Assembly: GCA_045546615.1 (NCBI GenBank)
Contig: JAZQDD010000020.1
Span: forward strand, 972-64,971
DNA from: Eubacteriales bacterium
Lineage (GTDB): Bacteria > Bacillota > Clostridia > Oscillospirales > CAG-272
Direction of reading: 5' to 3'
Length of the DNA stretch: 64,000 nt
The translations under genes were made by a program, and so were the position numbers. Below the pieces are notes generated by a model that was not told the origin of the DNA, searched no databases, and saw only the letters and a program-made list of their open reading frames with translations. Below, piece by piece: positions 62,507 through 64,000 of the stretch; position 1 is the stretch's first letter, and each line of letters begins with the position of its first letter.

Positions 62507-64000
62507 ATGAAAAAATACGCTATCGGAATAGATTTCGGCACGCTTTCCTGCCGTGCGCTCCTCGTTTCCCTTGTAGGTGAGGACGCGGGTGCGGAGCTTG
62601 CCTGCGCTGTTTGCGATTATCCGCACGGCGTTATCGACGGAATGCTCCCCGCAAGCGGGGAGATACTCCCTGCCGACTTTGCCCTGCAGGATCCTGACGA
62701 CTACCTCTACGCCCTATCGCAGGTCGTGCCCGAGGTTATCGCCAAGGCGGGCGTGGACAAGGCAGACGTTGTTAGCGTGGGTGTGGATTTTACCTGCTCC
62801 ACACTTATTCCCGTATATGAAAACGGACTTCCGCTTTGCTTTGACCCGCGCTTTTCAAAGGAAAAGCACGCCTATGCAAAGCTGTGGAAGCACCACGCCG
62901 CGCAGAGCTATGCCGACCGCATAAGCGCCCTTGCAACAGAGCGCGGCGAGCCGTGGATCGCGCGAATGGGCGGTAAGGTCTCAAGCGAGTTTACCTTGCC
63001 AAAGCTTTGGGAGCTTCTTGATTGCGCTCCCGAGGTATACGAGGCTTGCGATTCCGTTATCGAGGCTGGTGACTTTATCGTTTCGCATCTTATCGGCAAG
63101 CAGGTGCGCAGTTACGTGACTGCCGCGTACAAGGCACAGTACAGCGAGGCGGACGGCTATCCGTCCGAGGATTTCCTTGCCGCGCTTGACGAGCGCCTTC
63201 GCTTTGCCGCGCGGGACAAGCTCTCCTCGCCGCTTCTCAAGGCAGGTTCTCTCGCGGGCAGAGTGACGGCTGCCGCCGCCGAGAATTTCGGACTTCCCGA
63301 GGGCGCGGCTGTGTCGGTTGCTATGCCGGACGCGCACGTTGCCGCCCCCGCAATGGGAGTGCTTCGCCCCGGCAAGACGGTTGGTATCTTTGGTACTTCC
63401 AATTGCTATTACTTCCTTTCCGAGGAAAATGTTTCCGTTTCGGGCATCTGCGGAAGTGCGCTTGACGGTGTTGCGCCCTCGCTTTACGGACACGAGGCGG
63501 GACTTTGCTGTGCGGGCGATCATTTTGCGTGGTTTGCTAACAATTTTACAAGCGCCGAGATAAAGGAAGCGGCAAACGCGGCGAACATTTCACCGCTTGC
63601 CTATATGATAGCCGAGGCGGCGCAAAAGCGCCCCGGCGAATCAGGTCTTATTGCGCTTGATTGGTGGAACGGCAACAGAAACATACTTAACGACAGCGAC
63701 CTTTCGGGCATGGTGCTTGGAATGAATCTGCGCACGCGCCCCATGGACGTGCTTCGCGCGCTTATCGAGGCAACGGCTTTTGCCACCCGCGTTATTTTTG
63801 AGAACTTTAAAAAGCACGGCATCGTCACCGAGCTTCTCGTGGCGGCGGGCGGAATGGCACGCAAGGACCCTTTTATGATGCAGATGTATGCCGACGTGCT
63901 TCGCCTGCGCATTGAGGTAGTCTCCTCGGCAAATCTCCCCTCGCTTGCAAGCGCGATATATTCGTCGGTGGCGGCGGGTGTATATCCCGACATATACGCG
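62507..64000 (+). CDS. araB: ribulokinase (FGGY family), 3' end outside the window
   Basis: GAGGAAAAAG RBS. Not in the ORF track because there is no stop in the window. Hand translation gives MKKYAIGIDFGTLSCRALLV...ALDWWNGNRNILNDSDLSGM...AAGGMARKDPFMMQMYADV. Confidence 0.88.
   Translation, partial: MKKYAIGIDFGTLSCRALLVSLVGEDAGAELACAVCDYPHGVIDGMLPASGEILPADFALQDPDDYLYALSQVVPEVIAKAGVDKADVVSVGVDFTCSTLIPVYENGLPLCFDPRFSKEKHAYAKLWKHHAAQSYADRISALATERGEPWIARMGGKVSSEFTLPKLWELLDCAPEVYEACDSVIEAGDFIVSHLIGKQVRSYVTAAYKAQYSEADGYPSEDFLAALDERLRFAARDKLSSPLLKAGSLAGRVTAAAAENFGLPEGAAVSVAMPDAHVAAPAMGVLRPGKTVGIFGTSNCYYFLSEENVSVSGICGSALDGVAPSLYGHEAGLCCAGDHFAWFANNFTSAEIKEAANAANISPLAYMIAEAAQKRPGESGLIALDWWNGNRNILNDSDLSGMVLGMNLRTRPMDVLRALIEATAFATRVIFENFKKHGIVTELLVAAGGMARKDPFMMQMYADVLRLRIEVVSSANLPSLASAIYSSVAAGVYPDIYA

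Overview
64-kb chromosomal window from a Gram-positive anaerobe. Gene content, AGGAGG-type ribosome-binding sites and TTGACA-N17-TATAAT promoters suggest Clostridia, possibly Oscillospiraceae/Ruminococcaceae-like, but this taxon guess is low confidence. I can support about 58 protein-coding genes and two T-box leaders. I saw no rRNA, tRNA, CRISPR array, integrase or transposase. Layout: (1) 1-7.1 kb is a visibly AT-richer accessory stretch. It holds a truncated AAA ATPase gene and four paralogous XRE-type HTH regulators, each with a different C-terminal domain and its own near-consensus promoter. It also holds a LysR regulator divergent from a SemiSWEET-like small membrane protein, and a ~720-bp ORF-free, highly structured region at 2760-3480. 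That region contains a heptamer/hairpin array, an inverted-repeat-bounded element and a duplicated GC-rich module. (2) 7.1-17.5 kb holds a metallophosphoesterase, an AnsA/GatD-like asparaginase, an Asn-specific T-box leader with aspS-gatC-gatA(like)-gatB, a MetC-like PLP enzyme, dapF, and a convergent S51-type peptidase. (3) 17.5-33.8 kb is a glycan-utilisation locus mixing alpha-glucan and beta-galactan enzymes: pullulanase, two GH53 galactanases, a GH13 amylase, an ABC importer with MsmK-type ATPase, an esterase, a GH2 beta-galactosidase and a tmk-like kinase. (4) 34-37.8 kb is a two-component system embedded between paralogous small membrane proteins. (5) 37.8-44.8 kb (minus strand) holds a lipoprotein, a Zn-dependent alcohol dehydrogenase (ADH), an alkaline-phosphatase lipoprotein, an EEP nuclease/phosphatase, an anti-sigma/ECF sigma pair and dus. 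(6) recG, an amidase and tcdA follow. (7) 48.4-59.6 kb starts with a Leu-specific T-box leader. It is followed by a LeuA-like protein lacking catalytic motifs, a TIM-barrel::acyl-CoA-ligase fusion, ilvE, a P-loop NTPase, a four-subunit 2-oxoacid:ferredoxin oxidoreductase, an HTH-cupin regulator and a second acyl-CoA synthetase. (8) ymdB, an ECF S-component, an LRR protein, a membrane protein and a 3'-truncated araB close the window. The candidates I consider most worth follow-up are the Leu T-box cluster (7), which may salvage branched-chain fatty acids into branched-chain amino acids and contains a pseudoenzyme and an odd fusion, the degenerate GatA next to a GatD-like asparaginase, and the structured repeat landscape at 1.7-3.4 kb. 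Coordinates of non-coding features were counted by eye and may be off by 1-2 nt.
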